Origin: Candidatus Aenigmatarchaeota archaeon
GTDB taxonomy: Archaea > Aenigmatarchaeota > Aenigmatarchaeia > CG10238-14 > SpSt-28
DNA: 64,000 nucleotides
Direction: 5' to 3'
Assembly (NCBI GenBank): GCA_032249395.1
Contig: JAVVFY010000003.1
Coordinates: 1 to 64,000, forward strand
A model generated the notes under the pieces. That model was not told the DNA's origin and ran no database searches. It saw nothing but the letters and a program-made list of their open reading frames with translations. Below are positions 48,201 through 50,118 of the stretch, piece after piece. A program made the translations under genes and the position numbers. How positions within the stretch are numbered: the first letter of the stretch is position 1; the number at the start of each line of letters is the position of its first letter.

Positions 48201-49532
48201 TTCATAAATAGCTGAAATCTCAAACCTTATTTTTTCTCCAAGCTCATAATTGAACTTCTCTTGCTTAACTTTTGGTTTTACTTTTATGTGCTTCAAAACA
48301 TTGAAATCAAGAGTTTTGCTTGCATTTCCAAATTCACTTTCAGCAAAAATTTCTGCTGAATATTTACCATAAGCTTTTGGCAAAATTTCAAAAGTGAAAT
48401 TAAAGCTACCATTAACAAATTGCTCATCCTCAAAAACGACTTTACCTTTAACATCTTTAACTATAAGCTTAACTCTAGAATTAACCAAATTTCCATTGTA
48501 GTTAACATTTCCGTAAATTGAAACGACTTTCCAATCGCCTTTTCCTTTTGTGATATTTTTAACTGAATAAAATGCTTCGACTGATGGAACAAAACTTATT
48601 TTAGGTTGCGAATAGTTAGATACAACAAAATAAAAGCTTGTTTCATTTTTCAAGCCTAATGCTTCTATTATCAAATAATAAATTCCATCTTCGCTAAAGT
48701 TAGCAATTAGAGAAGAATTAAAGCTACCGTTAACAATTTCTATTTCTTTTGAAAGCAAGAGAGAAGAATTAAATTGCAAGCTTAAGTTTGCGGTAGCATT
48801 AACTTTTTCTCCATCAACAACAAGTTCTCCAAAAATGTTAATTGTTTCGTTTGAAGTGTAATTTGATTTATCAGTTAAAATTGTCAAGTATGTCTGATTA
48901 GTTTGAGTAATATTTTCACTTACGTTTTCAGAAGGAATTGTAGTTGTTGTTACAGAAGTTGTAGTAGTTATCTCTTCTTTTCTCTCAATTGTTATTTCAG
49001 CTTCACTTGGATTCAAATAATCTTTTTCACTTCCTTTGAAAACTGCTTTTACTTTTGATGCATTGATAAGATTAAAAGAAAATGTTGAAATTCCAGAATC
49101 ATCTGTAAAATTGCTACCGACAAAATTCCCATCAACATAAAATTCTATTTCTTTATTTGGAACAAAAGAACCATTATCGAGCAAAAGCTTAGCAGCTATT
49201 AAACCATTCTCAACTTTCAAATCTATTGAAGTGTTTGCAAAAACTTCAACTTTAATGCTTTCTTCAACAACATTAGAAACTCCAATAAATCTTCCCGTAA
49301 TATTACTCCAGTTTGTTGCTAAAAGAATTGCAGAAGCTAGAGCAATGAAAAGTAAAGAAGTAATTATTTGGGTTTGTCCCTTCAAACTTTTTTTCGATTT
49401 TAAATTTAGTAATGCAAAAAAGAAAAGAATTGCAAAAGAAATTGCAAATGGTAAGAAAATTAAGAAAGGTAAAGTTAAGTATGGCAAAAATTCTTCAATA
49501 AGACTTTGACTTTTTAGTTTAAACTTACTCAT
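15228..49532 (-). CDS. Giant (11,434 aa) surface glycoprotein: Ig-like repeat stalk, single TM, C-terminal HerA/FtsK-superfamily (DUF87-like) ATPase
   Basis: Uninterrupted 34.3-kb ORF. N-terminal hydrophobic segments; ~20 GGWG repeat units; TM 'WVTYFILMIALPIGYVAL'; Walker A AGGTGSGKT; 'VFDPTG'; Walker B LLLVYDEVH; arginine-finger region REFRKWG; sensor VSQ. Confidence 0.93.
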   Translation of the reverse strand: MSKFKLKSQSLIEEFLPYLTLPFLIFLPFAISFAILFFFALLNLKSKKSLKGQTQIITSLLFIALASAILLATNWSNITGRFIGVSNVVEESIKVEVFANTSIDLKVENGLIAAKLLLDNGSFVPNKEIEFYVDGNFVGSNFTDDSGISTFSFNLINASKVKAVFKGSEKDYLNPSEAEITIERKEEITTTTSVTTTTIPSENVSENITQTNQTYLTILTDKSNYTSNETINIFGELVVDGEKVNATANLSLQFNSSLLLSKEIEIVNGSFNSSLIANFSEDGIYYLIIEALGLKNETSFYFVVSNYSQPKISFVPSVEAFYSVKNITKGKGDWKVVSIYGNVNYNGNLVNSRVKLIVKDVKGKVVFEDEQFVNGSFNFTFEILPKAYGKYSAEIFAESEFGNASKTLDFNVLKHIKVKPKVKQEKFNYELGEKIRFEISAIYEDTGEIFPNATLQAFVVDPDGNITEVNYTQVGPGKFVVELDAEREFRPGLYKLKVKLSYVSPNPGEEVVEEEISFAVGLVNVNTLKALEISNNGFKRTVYVGAGTFSPGETVRIVVGALNAEGKAVTNAIVFIEVTNPSGKKTIINPTEILNRFDGTYVANYTVSEVGNYSVYVRVEEGLNVSNEYSTNFEVKEFYPFDILRQEPFLDEFPTKIRVEARTTVSLNIIAKIDAYNLTVIERVPTEFLNIKSDGVIIKNPEEILIVWNLPNIRKGERILLNYSFDLPPLFPRIYLLGPVEMHYNNGETFKESRSWTILAEDLRFYLFGWDFYFNQTSFRADPLTLCRGYNYTINFTLIDNADDDPTSAGNLKLQVKRKNDVVFSDMPSLGFIANDVPISGTELGNADGCQLGGGVNDKCFWGTYFLNITNDVELGEYTLRIFHPLHPTAPQKDTDKQNIRVIDCNDINLARDIVVSTHAKDKVIGGYWALVVAPIGNYNTTNDLIANVSLEILDEQGNKQNWFILEGADRSVFVKSTPPSQIGNWSFNDTVWHVKIPDDVDASKKYIARIRIKSPNKPEIVHDKIFQVESLGIKPSPLTLTTVTPSYATAVTQSAGSGTVWRNITVCNYGDYNITYNLTDFTRTLSASDFQVPAASVTPVKGEVKWLNYNISTSQCQWFLVRYPGSGDTFPEEFIAQVVWNDPVTGQTFSITTDPELAFFPARSGRAGGSTVYGINITKIPANSTNVGVEIRLFGSGGGAGTFSDIYDVEIHFPPGLTPKNFVWRSSAGADLGVPPAPGYPYGSPDEGWVVRWTVWFKGGLLFSVPSNNGFVSLTFNLDVSNIPHITPGGKHIFIRTIGRSYTAQSPTMWLFTDDVIPLVVEGPWIKTQRLYNDTSTSYKTGFPSTVGCGIFNVSLQTWNKGNLPLINANITENKYNITVTHPQDLIFQYPWSSLPTTATIDDARKINWDGGINFGSPFGRLDGTKIYNYTINVTFQTNGTFRFQAIPTNGTFTFLDEPYDIFIACGASLTVSQPSFSPNNPFLNQPFNASSTITNFGPGNASNVIAVINYTGPGVLEIRNATGDLSDVNYLGTIELNGIREAKWNITANTAGTYTICIRANSTENSTEVMSCNDVLVGLPPATIEMENPLVISKETGTSTGSWGFNFTFNVSVRVTNSENDVQVCSYFSKTGSEPWRLVGCDVYPAPGAGNTGDWINFTFEFDADCSDIGSPVFVKFNATNNAGTTNSTSTTFTITKDTIFFEDIIGNGTETRRGKTTTLLALRVRDKNNTLITNLPVTFYVTLDGNIYDSGTTNSTNESAYANYYFQAKCSPKYQVGYQKWKAVVSGHACYFDNSTENFVNLSVLVTGDIILNFQKPDGTTNFTQEQKVSFLGATTDDCGDALTTNVRFFANKSTQSFECLPVYQVGANAYTCDWQTDILTPMGWYNTTMYASKDYHYPNSTVNALYPGLFYLLPIKKLENPQAYPLSEGWGYPNWNFSVKASSGDSENVLNVSLYMGKTWPPIFKCEAPTCINQTPNECSNCINSTKYWYRNFTANDIGNWYYQFKMDGAETTQVLYVTVEKDDVNISYVEGNNSFAKYSPAQSAKFVVRVYDLDAQTYNLNPAATVTFRIKYNGLYDKIIGSNITNSSGYAEFYFTPDCSFSSGDQYWYAEIASDEPYYKPYTTSYFNISIDTSGCKPQIKIGEIKQPKEAFQYKNFTLGVTVGTLGPSGTVANDVYVNLTLPTGWQADSTTKYVGNVSVGELKTIWFNIYPTTYSSNQIIIFVNSSNAENDSLTINVFTYKFMSETFSQEELPYLLNSNEAKEFNFVCEAGSYRIANLSISTYSSSLQDGKIRIEVYNGTYWLDVSHSLYFTSPSSLFIPILEKQIQPSETGYCKIRITNIGDNPVNISGLKLSAYYNETVLIQDVDTNVNGISVKGLEKTDRYLNISVILSNSFNQQISGTLYLNITDAYGNVVYSSSSPLLLNQKSSYIANFSNIDTQAWSEGNYNIIATFVYNSNVSTRVELLTIKDVTVNAKGSNWMCNSTSEPFIVEIYHPFNEEIDYNVTLSVPTGWTFTPSYQLVKAITPGKYYAQFTLTSSNSTSELANIQAIVNYNHITQKTKTATFQIQESNSIAILEVIRETPPFVSPDKVFESRLVVHNKGCAKASGATIIETLESGWTPANPSIKTNVYGSSVQLLSSSVDLINNLVIWNLGDIDVNEYAVLTYQVKAPNIYSKTGSFKFNVSWDGKSFEEENPFTVSTASYNQESHLSFDIEAIQQDEYPWPEVRSSQLNRAYNYSLKVTNIGDTTASGWSVYLSIPEECDVLNVYNGGTFNPSTRKISWSLPSLSVYSSSYLNFTLNCSLEGKKVLVAEGILDTRSESYFVNDTSISCYGNSCSLTYPFVFTKPINARYEKMKEIAFLINYSFGDENLTIAEAKVSIADDLLNKRIFWQNYSHSLALSKVWSNYSIDSNDSTNFVNSLRNIFIDTYADSSTNPYSNVSIEKIAYVWSTGKLFNETQNLFVKSKIYKYSPLLTNATLYIDDQVRNVGGWGENYKFGVYVRDRFGRDVIVYAWHRMGASEYSLIGSQVCYNCLQWTQLNFSFKYDGSAIGAWSFKFNATNADGSSEILGYAYTIEKDDISVFGIQPILNATVNRSMPFEFTMFVFDIDNQTYPYYLQLGQVDEGKARIFISKYGSNETFDISPSLSANSTGYVVRTMQNTSDSWCKVSDYYLGQNYWKGGVFGASTYKDNVTPIIPFWLIGDLSNSYMLYPNGSRNYTRGQVVEFDGIIKDDCGLVKTDSASFGVEYIISHGSTVYTIVAPLTYTTWTIPQDAPLGWYNVTMIAFAEGSEAGKYWNGTYFKENAFFVASNIKLDNPQVSPYPKGSWQINPFNFSVYVTSEDGEPVYTYLWLKRENSNWQLENSSVCVNCNNYQFFTQKSFYCSDIGSWYAKFNATSPTTFKNETQVIAFNITKTPISIDYSSGNNSVVNRSDSVIGNTVNLTVRIKNLVFGNYTTEISTDEVYGYVTKDDVNWEQEIVYSNETHYFINFNPSCSYSVGLRKWKVNVSSACYESNSSQEFYVIIVGSLANSIISPTGDRNYTAGEKIYLIGEVYDDCGNPISDASIRFKLTSGSNEYYCPSSGYITNTSNTYVCEFDTTGKSGGWYNVSMESSKQYYLNASSFKQNAFFLIKPVELINPKVEYPNDGSWGEIHNFSVIVNHYASVNVCLLESTSSDGPWSVTDCRFIENPSYTLVNFTRDYTCSDYQQAAIRYFMFNASEPDIPQTYSNTSAISHTLRKDDISLIYVLGNESYVNRNGNNSTKFMIYVLDRDKNSPAFSQIGVQYYPRVWFNIFNGTAFITDGSNSTNSSGYVEYNFNPDCRYDAGRQNWVAYVQADACYKDASSEAYNVTIIGDLVPFVVYPNGITYYRENQLYINISVFVQDECKLRNISGATVTIEPISVGFGDVYNCDNVQDYGNGTYSCTFNATEAKEGWYNVRVNASNVIYYNDASFTNVSVFRIIHVWQPPVLEDATVFPEDDWGWGENYTFKVNVSDANADDVNVSLWLSKDGVNWNYISSQMCYNCGSKRELTFYYSGFTCSDIGTYYFKFNATDPRNTTDMAPISFNLDKDDVDFVYDSNSLGNNSWVNRSEGVTLKIKVYDRDNKQFVDRYVSGKIWVTYDGVNYGSAWEASGDNGYLSAVFTPDCSYNVGTQYWKAGIVNDACYKNANSTLTLTVNIKGWLNNTISQPNGEAYLSNQNVTISGLVNDECNNPINDANVFYKVKHGAFEDYCFASYVSGYYTCTWNISNNPPGWYSVFMYSSRDLYNNASKVKQNAFFHEVPPVLVAPSVTPTEAPWGSTFTFKVNVTDEDDIVNVSLWIRKLPDGAFSLAASTICNNCTNVTVTLQKSYTSGSDIGSYEWFINASDNYGGVAQTSIQTFNVTKRRTYWVYSQGNNSWVSRVGTNTTILEARLYDAFTNLPLDKGSDTTYINVSSDSGWIRYGTTTSSGFATLNFDPDCRYSVGVKNWRAAFDGDSYYFGNASQNYTVVIYGSLTSSILQPNGNVIAEGDPILIVGNVSDDCSSGVSGTSTIFTIEPIHSTCSPVNDYGNGTYSCSFPSSGLIGWYDISMNVSKQYYNDTYSYKSNAFQVRRKPAITSYSINRDSGGWGSYFLVSALVLDADPSDPVNISLWKSYDGVNWVYVDSKSSSDCTGTCYFEFNPSFNCSEYLINSTILLKLNVSDSYGLRNETSPITVTLTKDTVSFYSISVPSEVLRYGNNYGKFVVRVYDVDKNAWLDLSQENVKGYFWFTRDTGIYDEGHLVYANASGYLEYDFNPDCSYNVGYQSWKVGIASNQCYFDANSSDSSFIIKGQLNINLNLPTYGSTFNVGDKINISWNVYSDCYLNSSVRDSGNISEVSNVLTLSSGSYSSSCSPINEDNGNYNCTWDSTSKAEGYWNITIQASKTYYSTNTTTFANWFWLENRPPIVSNLNVTPNAAGWGSLFNYSAYVEDPENDTVTCSLYVKTNDNWAHKGSKTISTPGVCYIEVNDFTCEDQGIASFYFVVNDTFNRVNTSDSEISIGPAITKNSISLTLVSGDGAKVNRSDSNIGNTVSFVIRALDLTRNSLPLANTNLTFYVTYDQTNFKPYYTQTNSSGYASLDFNPDCQFSTGKQAWFAKVENDACYFETYTNTTPTQNYTVEVYGDLVLDVISPKGEKYLRGDYPDGQNVNLTARITSDCEIEGGIYANANFSVSQGSIVNYCNPVEYLGNGYYTCSLNTSGFRAKGWNVTFNASKSYYNSNSTLEIFEIWKKGFWIETKPILTTDFYTISYDSLGRVGDGGWGELWVFRVNITDEDDDLLEVKLWINRTDNGEWYQLPSNMTAYDRGINKTITFMLRLPSPTVLGSPSAVGPHAFMFNVSEYQDIFGNQTKDFPQNVYQTNNGTLIYKKDDVIIEHVVGNSTSVYRPGNNIQTLTVRVYDVDKGEYAIGSPGAAIFVTTDFYNYITISGTSSISPGGYINTSLTQFNPDCSFAIGPQKWKAGVLDSNPFYKPTNSSEFTITIVTDTLNVNYISPKDGKIYIKSPTPADYLILVANVTDECGGVRGATTNFYIQRGDTIRECRSIGSVVDFNNGTYACNITNSTLNSNYELIYGYWNVSVNASKQYYNDSLTTQQTNAFYLASRPTLTTYSYYVTAGNFTNGWGDLWQFKVDVEDEDRTGELGSLVNVSLWINRTGDWEYIGSMTCIPPCEGSDALVFTTSFSCSDIGTHTFKFNATDNLFVYDNRLKSESSKQTFTVDKEWADVYIQSGDGSSVYRPGYETAILQGYILDWSKGGTYATDLGIKGYLYITKDRNNFGDPIEIYTGSDGLFTYYFDPDCNYTTGRQIWFIELNDTCYRYSRTSNASVYVYGQLYSNLNYPPQGWVNGTGVMIPIVMDVKSDCSGYISEETPSVPNSTQGITNPILIQNPVNSLEACQPITDFNNGTYYCEYNTTRKLPGLYSIILQSAKDYFYSNQTTYSNWFEIVNLPPRYSNPQVTPSAGGWGDKYNFSIDVLDTDGDDVNCSLFVSTDNGNVWRYVGSQIISGGSGTCRFENIQPYTCNDTFNDVGSDNWFRFNLTDVIGQTNTSTNYGPIIDKDVISISLVSGNNTNITRAFGYLPLRVYVTDFNRSRPVGSDRTAQIEIGFNVTFDGSNFLFVGSNRTYSSLPGNVTFNFDPNCSFNVGLQNWKAFYKSTIIPSGECYHFASSENYTIGIVGQLLNFITSPNTTKDKFIRDEENITWRGYVTTDCSAKEGLLSSANVSFYATHTVTGNTFYCDEPYNSVNNEGDGYYNCLFVNNASKLPRSYTLTMISKDVPWYNSNTTTIGNLCAASGCAFYIVTKPSLSSPAYSYSQDGGWGESWQFRVTLTDEDSDFNNVSLWIRNITIADPACPEASKWPNYYLKASRLTQPGLIIFDFPSPNAFSSACAGTTFEAFFNTTDGINSANTSLFTFTVQPDDVNITIVFGNNTILNRSLAPSEDNITFSILVYDTDRNVLLPVGTTGPIRFYVTTNPYDPNSFVVDGSYLTIGAYGYTSHTFPSLPRCTYNLGTLRWRVEFGTANRAYKPINSTYVYGDDFYITLVSYPLNATLLQPTSKTFRRGIDSITYVGIVKDDCGYVSNASVSFIAEPSQNSPSSNCPPNEVVDYGNGTYSCTVYPSSYWSMQWYNLSMYASKENYVDSPESKIVNSFAIVTNPEVTLLPPTTKCRSGDCLITDNNFGWGEIWNFSAIVRDVDQGAYSNERLNISLWIDFGNGFELVNSTVCQAPTCFSEKLFSFIQTFDCSKIGVRNYKINVSDDWGYTNESSDTIEIRPDSVEVYYVSAPTRIDREIGNTQGTFVMRIKDLDRDEYLPEGKLAVFYFTKDGSTFNTVFTVTTNSSGYISYVLDPDCSYSVGIQKWDAGIIDSCYIAENYTQRAGGPFAPPTFNITGQLKNNLELPINGSIFNVTQPITIRFNTTSDCSSEGLIPNASVSIELISPYGEAETCNPIMNEYNGWYNCTWNSTGKKEGYWSIRLNSTLMPLYNFNSTTYQNRFWLENVNATAENFSVYVWNNSINSWQKVGFDDYFGWSNKFNFTADIYDQEGDTVECRVFISKDNGITWNYVGSSIINGIPGIPTKGTCSVVYHGFDCSNIGNNNWFKFEIRDGEQSNYYNTTPINAPKLRESFVSISLIAGNGSYVNRSSGVNQIVRFEVNVFDLENSSYAPNANVSFWVTRDGSNYQFDLSNKTEANGNASYYFNPDCNYSTGLQYWKAGVTDSCYIDINTTDFTTYIIGDILPKIVLPNGEEYLRGSNITIRTLLTDECNVALRGATVNFTMRSEKTLNNYTCDDVVEEGSGYYSCTFNTSSPIILPARWYNITAFANKTFYNANSTTKYRAFWIETSPILSNPVAIPSGDGGWGETWLFKVNFTDEDLDTNWLRLYVDRGRTTDPSQVAINQTVSGENIEVYFNMSGIFNEDDFNRNRTVKFKFNVTDNPPAGLPEDIYDTGWLYLTLNPDNVTIIPINPVDVVINRSAMKGSPIEYRAQMIDSDTGAPLPGGRTAKIYFTKDGSTFIDSGTLYIASGGYVSRSVTLDCSYSVGPQYWIAGTFNTTTQYAWEIKNSSVVRFDIVTEPLKVNITAPINNYPWNAPVRGKDDIKIYAEVKDDCGYVSGAALTFYIYDPNYGNYICSDVVDYGNGTYSCTIPAYVTTTWTTGWHNISVEVSKMYYNSSTDFQENAFYLATEPIITPEGFPSITGYSISGDGSWGEIWKFEAWIYDQDNDDVNVSLYVNLSSGWVLRNSTIIKAETPQLVTFYDTFSCDDIGVRAYKFVATDVWGYSDQKNSTIDIKKDDVSIEYVAGAGEQVRREGSNFVTIKVLVRDIDRNVLVGAGRNGSLYVTTRSLGSSGDTSSYIRYYVNQTDSSSILTFYFDPNCSIGVGMQNWKAGIENDVCYKDTVPEYGFTVNVTGQLKVGIASPTQGSQIIVGDAANVTSFVYSDCSDEGLISGAIVTHEAISPDNKAETITPVFDLGNGYYNSSWDTSFHIGGLYSFRINASKPNYYPNSTIFANWFYLNNTPPQAENLSVTPTIGGWGSIFSYSVDVYDHRQDNVTCRLYVKTTGGWVYKGSYNLTGGRGKCVVNVTDFTCSDISSTTYFKFEIDDGTRENVFNTSETIGPTITKDPTISEYYIGNNSFVNRSGDQTTLLGVRIKDTIKNSYISSGFSGRIFVTLDGNNYDYGTSNVTDDNGFLLVYFNPSADYSVGVQKWKGGIYDDACYQDNNSTEQYLTILGDLNIQLLYPSVYTEYLKPYDNITIRVKVTNDVGLDVSDANVSINLIHESGTIFNCSPVVSLGNGEYLCSINTSLIRARYYNISVSAQKQFYNNGYLLTENIIYVKTMPILTGEQVLSKSGTDTGGWGETWTFKVNVTDEDLDPLSLKLWIKRATESTWILANSSSYIDNPDLNGAINKTITLTFKNPSVLQTKQGEWYYYFEAEDIRNYVGNTSIHSFFVEKDDVNISLVAGNGTSVWRNGTDIAKLVVYVYDLDREEPANDANVTFFVTLNGSIFDSGTIVYSNGTGYATFEFDPGCNPLYKTGIQYWKAAIVSDDYYKPASSSNFTITIKSQINLRVDYPDGDAFLRGTTAPFYVSVYDECEYVNGADVLLYGVWGTNQFSCTPVYDMSNGTYNCTFDTSGKPFGWYSIKMMARKIYYSEYPSYTTITKPNAFFVASKPTITSFTIDHYYGGWGESYNFNVRITDTDSSPNNVTLWKSYDNVTWIYVDSKVVTPSYSDYPVSFSKRFDCSDYLTNSTVFFKVTTVDVNGFNDTSASLNITFEKDDVTINLASDSSTTVRRIGDNLAYLRAIVYDSDRGIYPSDANLTIWITRDGRNYDYFLNCTSSNGNCTVYYNPDCSSKEGIQYWFAQSGDACYKQVNSTNRTLTVIGQLNVSIINPAANSILQRGVVNVFNASVYDECLNLRPNATARWYNSTWSLLASGQNTTWLTPTSYKLGFERIYVNVSETNFDSNFNSTPVYIYGWSRVNFVSPSNGTTVESGSLINLVCRVLDFNTSQPISNYSVKFFKNDVLIGSSLSDSDGYAQIGWNTFGEPAGNYNVSCRIETNSTLFYTPAIPQSSIIITLKRPLIIDEIIAPPFIYRNDSFVPNKANITVHVRDAQIGDASGANVSFYMFNNYIGSCLTNSTGYCSLINLDFPDNFTPSLVTIYINATRDVNEPSETVNTSIQVKGILYATIILPGNNSYFSKAQSIPVEVNVISENGETLDYLNETGLTVEWWNETSKLVEGISTIIPQSFVAQQSTGRHSLMAVAKKSYYDDGKANVTIYINSLADVIWISPLNDTVLPYPEEFNVTCMVKDTYAGGIADYNVSLYYKIEPNVDFIYLDTLKTNSSGYASYQFKPYEKGNYTFLCNITDDNDKYYSAYRKTSGAMFWVKDIYPPVIFNINVTPVYGLEANLNSTQVFATISDNYDVNSVWLNVSLPNGSFEIVPMYNVSPKVKIGDYIFVNYSTTYLPRMDGNHSLYIYAIDMPPESNVNSTLAAEIVVFGKVYGDAKTNINDVLATGITQKKGFNFTVIANFTNLGPATAYSVNLTHSESPIGSLKYNESIKQCGTLKPGETCYWNYTIIVPNATSPGIYTYNLIATWRNPDLSINSTTARITITVTSNPVISIEPNYIEVSAPHDATTYIGDVKVVSEGNDDVYEAKIISLTDYLYSRCPECRLTVYPTEFGLLKAGEVRTASVSIQVPRGQDPGIYLATLRANSTNAGYSDALLNITVPANYTWIVSPTSLGTRILPPGTKGNLTFINVTNIGNVRLVLTFSPSGNASTFFKAYLNEPLATLPFELAKGSTRTIVVNYSIPVDVFEGIYDYGIYLRNASGFPADPSERLIYGIFNITDVPPTIENVSIVPMNFEVGYENVSISANITDNVGVDKAWIEVEFPNGTKVNQTMSNISSYYYTTLVSRQSGIHKVRICANDTVLPSRPYGLVGCTDYYQVIGSTTTQLNVRFENEPLIADNVTIVSPQVISTKLIVENVGGSRAFNISVNTSSSDNVTVAPKNYFFSLLLKSSNISATSNISISPYTQPGTYYIALLANWTNLDSSKNSSTRIVEVNVTPNPLVVPRISKLEYAIVAGDSFTSSFDIWSIGNVNATNINITCYSGIPCTDFNLTLAPSQIDSMSVGEIRTINISLGVPNNYLTGNYNGSIRISWGTNKSSILPINVWVPMNISWEQSPTSIIKILVDETNGTFDTINFVNKGNYEVPLNISLEGNITQILNVSDSFIVVPYAGSKNLTIFYNIPSLPSNRYYEGVLRARIVDWLRGNSTITETSTNISVFVHSFHVNITYPTYENPMLNVNPATLIEAKVDVKYNGLPEPSASFNVTLFNDTFVISPSFISQFNASSGIWSIWISAPNLALGRAYSLGISVSTNKDIPITKYDEEKDSIIYNDTIAPIINISMPSRTPIYEIIPILINVTEAGRLKSVNATIIRPDQYVEILNLTFVGRIYDVYSYNTTYISTNLTGTFILSISACDISNNCNFVNKTFVVYPTAWFAGYMLNYESLAKEPISARFILYDLDGSVRFNFTNNETGYYNKTVDVKTYNLLLRLENGSFNPSIYLENVSISTSLFNPIIVGNIPKQRVTTSALKTLYVDTILNYTNATIEFRFDDCVGQSCGLPIYSASNLGIYKYQGNWTPIVSTSINSNWRRITNLNYDNSDNSINLTTFTVRAKVSDLRGVYILAEFICGNGECESTYGENSAICPLDCPSIPGAGAGAGGAGGVGTGAGAGGGGFGGGAGAGAGVGGGIGGFGLPINISLPNISVPNITLPNVTRAPVEFKATVIDLTVAPEEEKLFSIDVTNHLTQDFDVSITIEGPASSIVTVQTPLVRVPAQSISTATFRVFASKSIAPGIYIGEISLRAGNITHKVPLTIKVNPIAEPLLDVKTKVLTKAVAPGKDLMFEVTLINMGQTPSVEDITVTYTVRTLNEPYKIITQTQETLAVVNTLTYVRKITIPENTPQDSYILFVNASYWYGKKYAMAADSFEVSELPAPVLMLKAVFSNWVTYFILMIALPIGYVALRWYAAYRMAKLAKRRYVAPIDFKELPQPGPNSIEVGKIAETDVKAYLDLSQLTMHTIAAGGTGSGKTISAMVVAEELLKRKIPVIVFDPTGQWTGFIKPNRLKQMLDLYPKFGLKPTDARSFRTNIVVVEDPNMEINIKKYMIPGEITVFVMNRLKPEQLDAFVRRSIQAIFDMRPPETKEMKLLLVYDEVHRLLPKYGGKGGYTALERGVREFRKWGIGIFMVSQVLLDFKGAVRANIANEIQLRTRYEGDINRVKSKYGQEYASKITKLTIGTGLFQNPEYNHGKPWFISFRPILHSPFGLTDEEINQYVSLNKKIEEFEAKIAELKSKGVDTYDMEIELNIAKDKLKTGAFKMVETYLESLEKRLSKFGGK
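22530..40590 (-). repeat. 18 tandem diverged coding repeats of ~1.0 kb (~335 aa); two further units at ~43200-44780
   Basis: G[GS]WG-type anchors near 40535, 39530, 38560, 37560, 36615, 35680, 34690, 33662, 32582, 31560, 30497, 29408, 28366, 27375, 26333, 25355, 24385 and 23397. Most are followed by the motifs F.PDC.Y.VG.Q.W and D.GNG.Y.C. Confidence 0.88.
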
Positions 49533-50118
49533 AAGCTACTCTCACCTTTATCTCACTTTCTCCAAGTTTCGTTGATAAATCGCTTTTAACAGAAAACTCT
49601 AACTCGCAATAAGAGTTTACTTCGATTACATTGCAAACTTTTTCTAAGGCGTCTGTCGAAAATCCTTTCGGCAAATCGACAGATACTCGAACGTTTGTGG
49701 CATTAGCACTTCCTTCATTGCTAACAACAACTCTTAACAAGAAACTCTCTCCTCTTGTTATTCTGCTTTTATCGGTGCTTAATCTCAAAGAGATTTTTGG
49801 TTTTGCGATAATTTCTGTTGTTTGAGAAATTTGCGTAGCAGATGTCGAAACGTTTTCACTTGCTCCATTTTCTTCTGTGCTATTAGATTCATTCATTTGA
49901 GTAAGTTCAGAAGAAGTTGTATTCGACGAGTCGACAGATTGTTGTGAAGTTGAGTTTTCAGAAACCAAATTTGTCGAAGCTGACTGTTCACTCGAATTTT
50001 CATTTGTTGTCAAATTTAGTGAGCTGTTCATAGCTTCTTGAGCAATCGACAAGTAGAAAAAGAAAGAAAAGGCTAAGAAAATTGCCAATAAAGCTAGAAA
50101 TTGGGCTTTTCCCTTCAT
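49525..50118 (-). CDS. Exported protein: signal, S/T/N/Q-rich linker, single DUF11/CARDB-like Ig domain
   Basis: MKGKAQ followed by a hydrophobic stretch; low-complexity linker; 'VVVSNEGSANATNVRVSVDLPKG'; 8-bp overlap with the start of the giant gene. Confidence 0.8.
   Translation of the reverse strand: MKGKAQFLALLAIFLAFSFFFYLSIAQEAMNSSLNLTTNENSSEQSASTNLVSENSTSQQSVDSSNTTSSELTQMNESNSTEENGASENVSTSATQISQTTEIIAKPKISLRLSTDKSRITRGESFLLRVVVSNEGSANATNVRVSVDLPKGFSTDALEKVCNVIEVNSYCELEFSVKSDLSTKLGESEIKVRVAYE

Noticed and set aside
15228..49532. Intein, or collapsed/expanded assembly repeats, as the explanation for the gene's size
   Set aside because: No intein motifs were recognised, and the repeat units are strongly diverged rather than identical.
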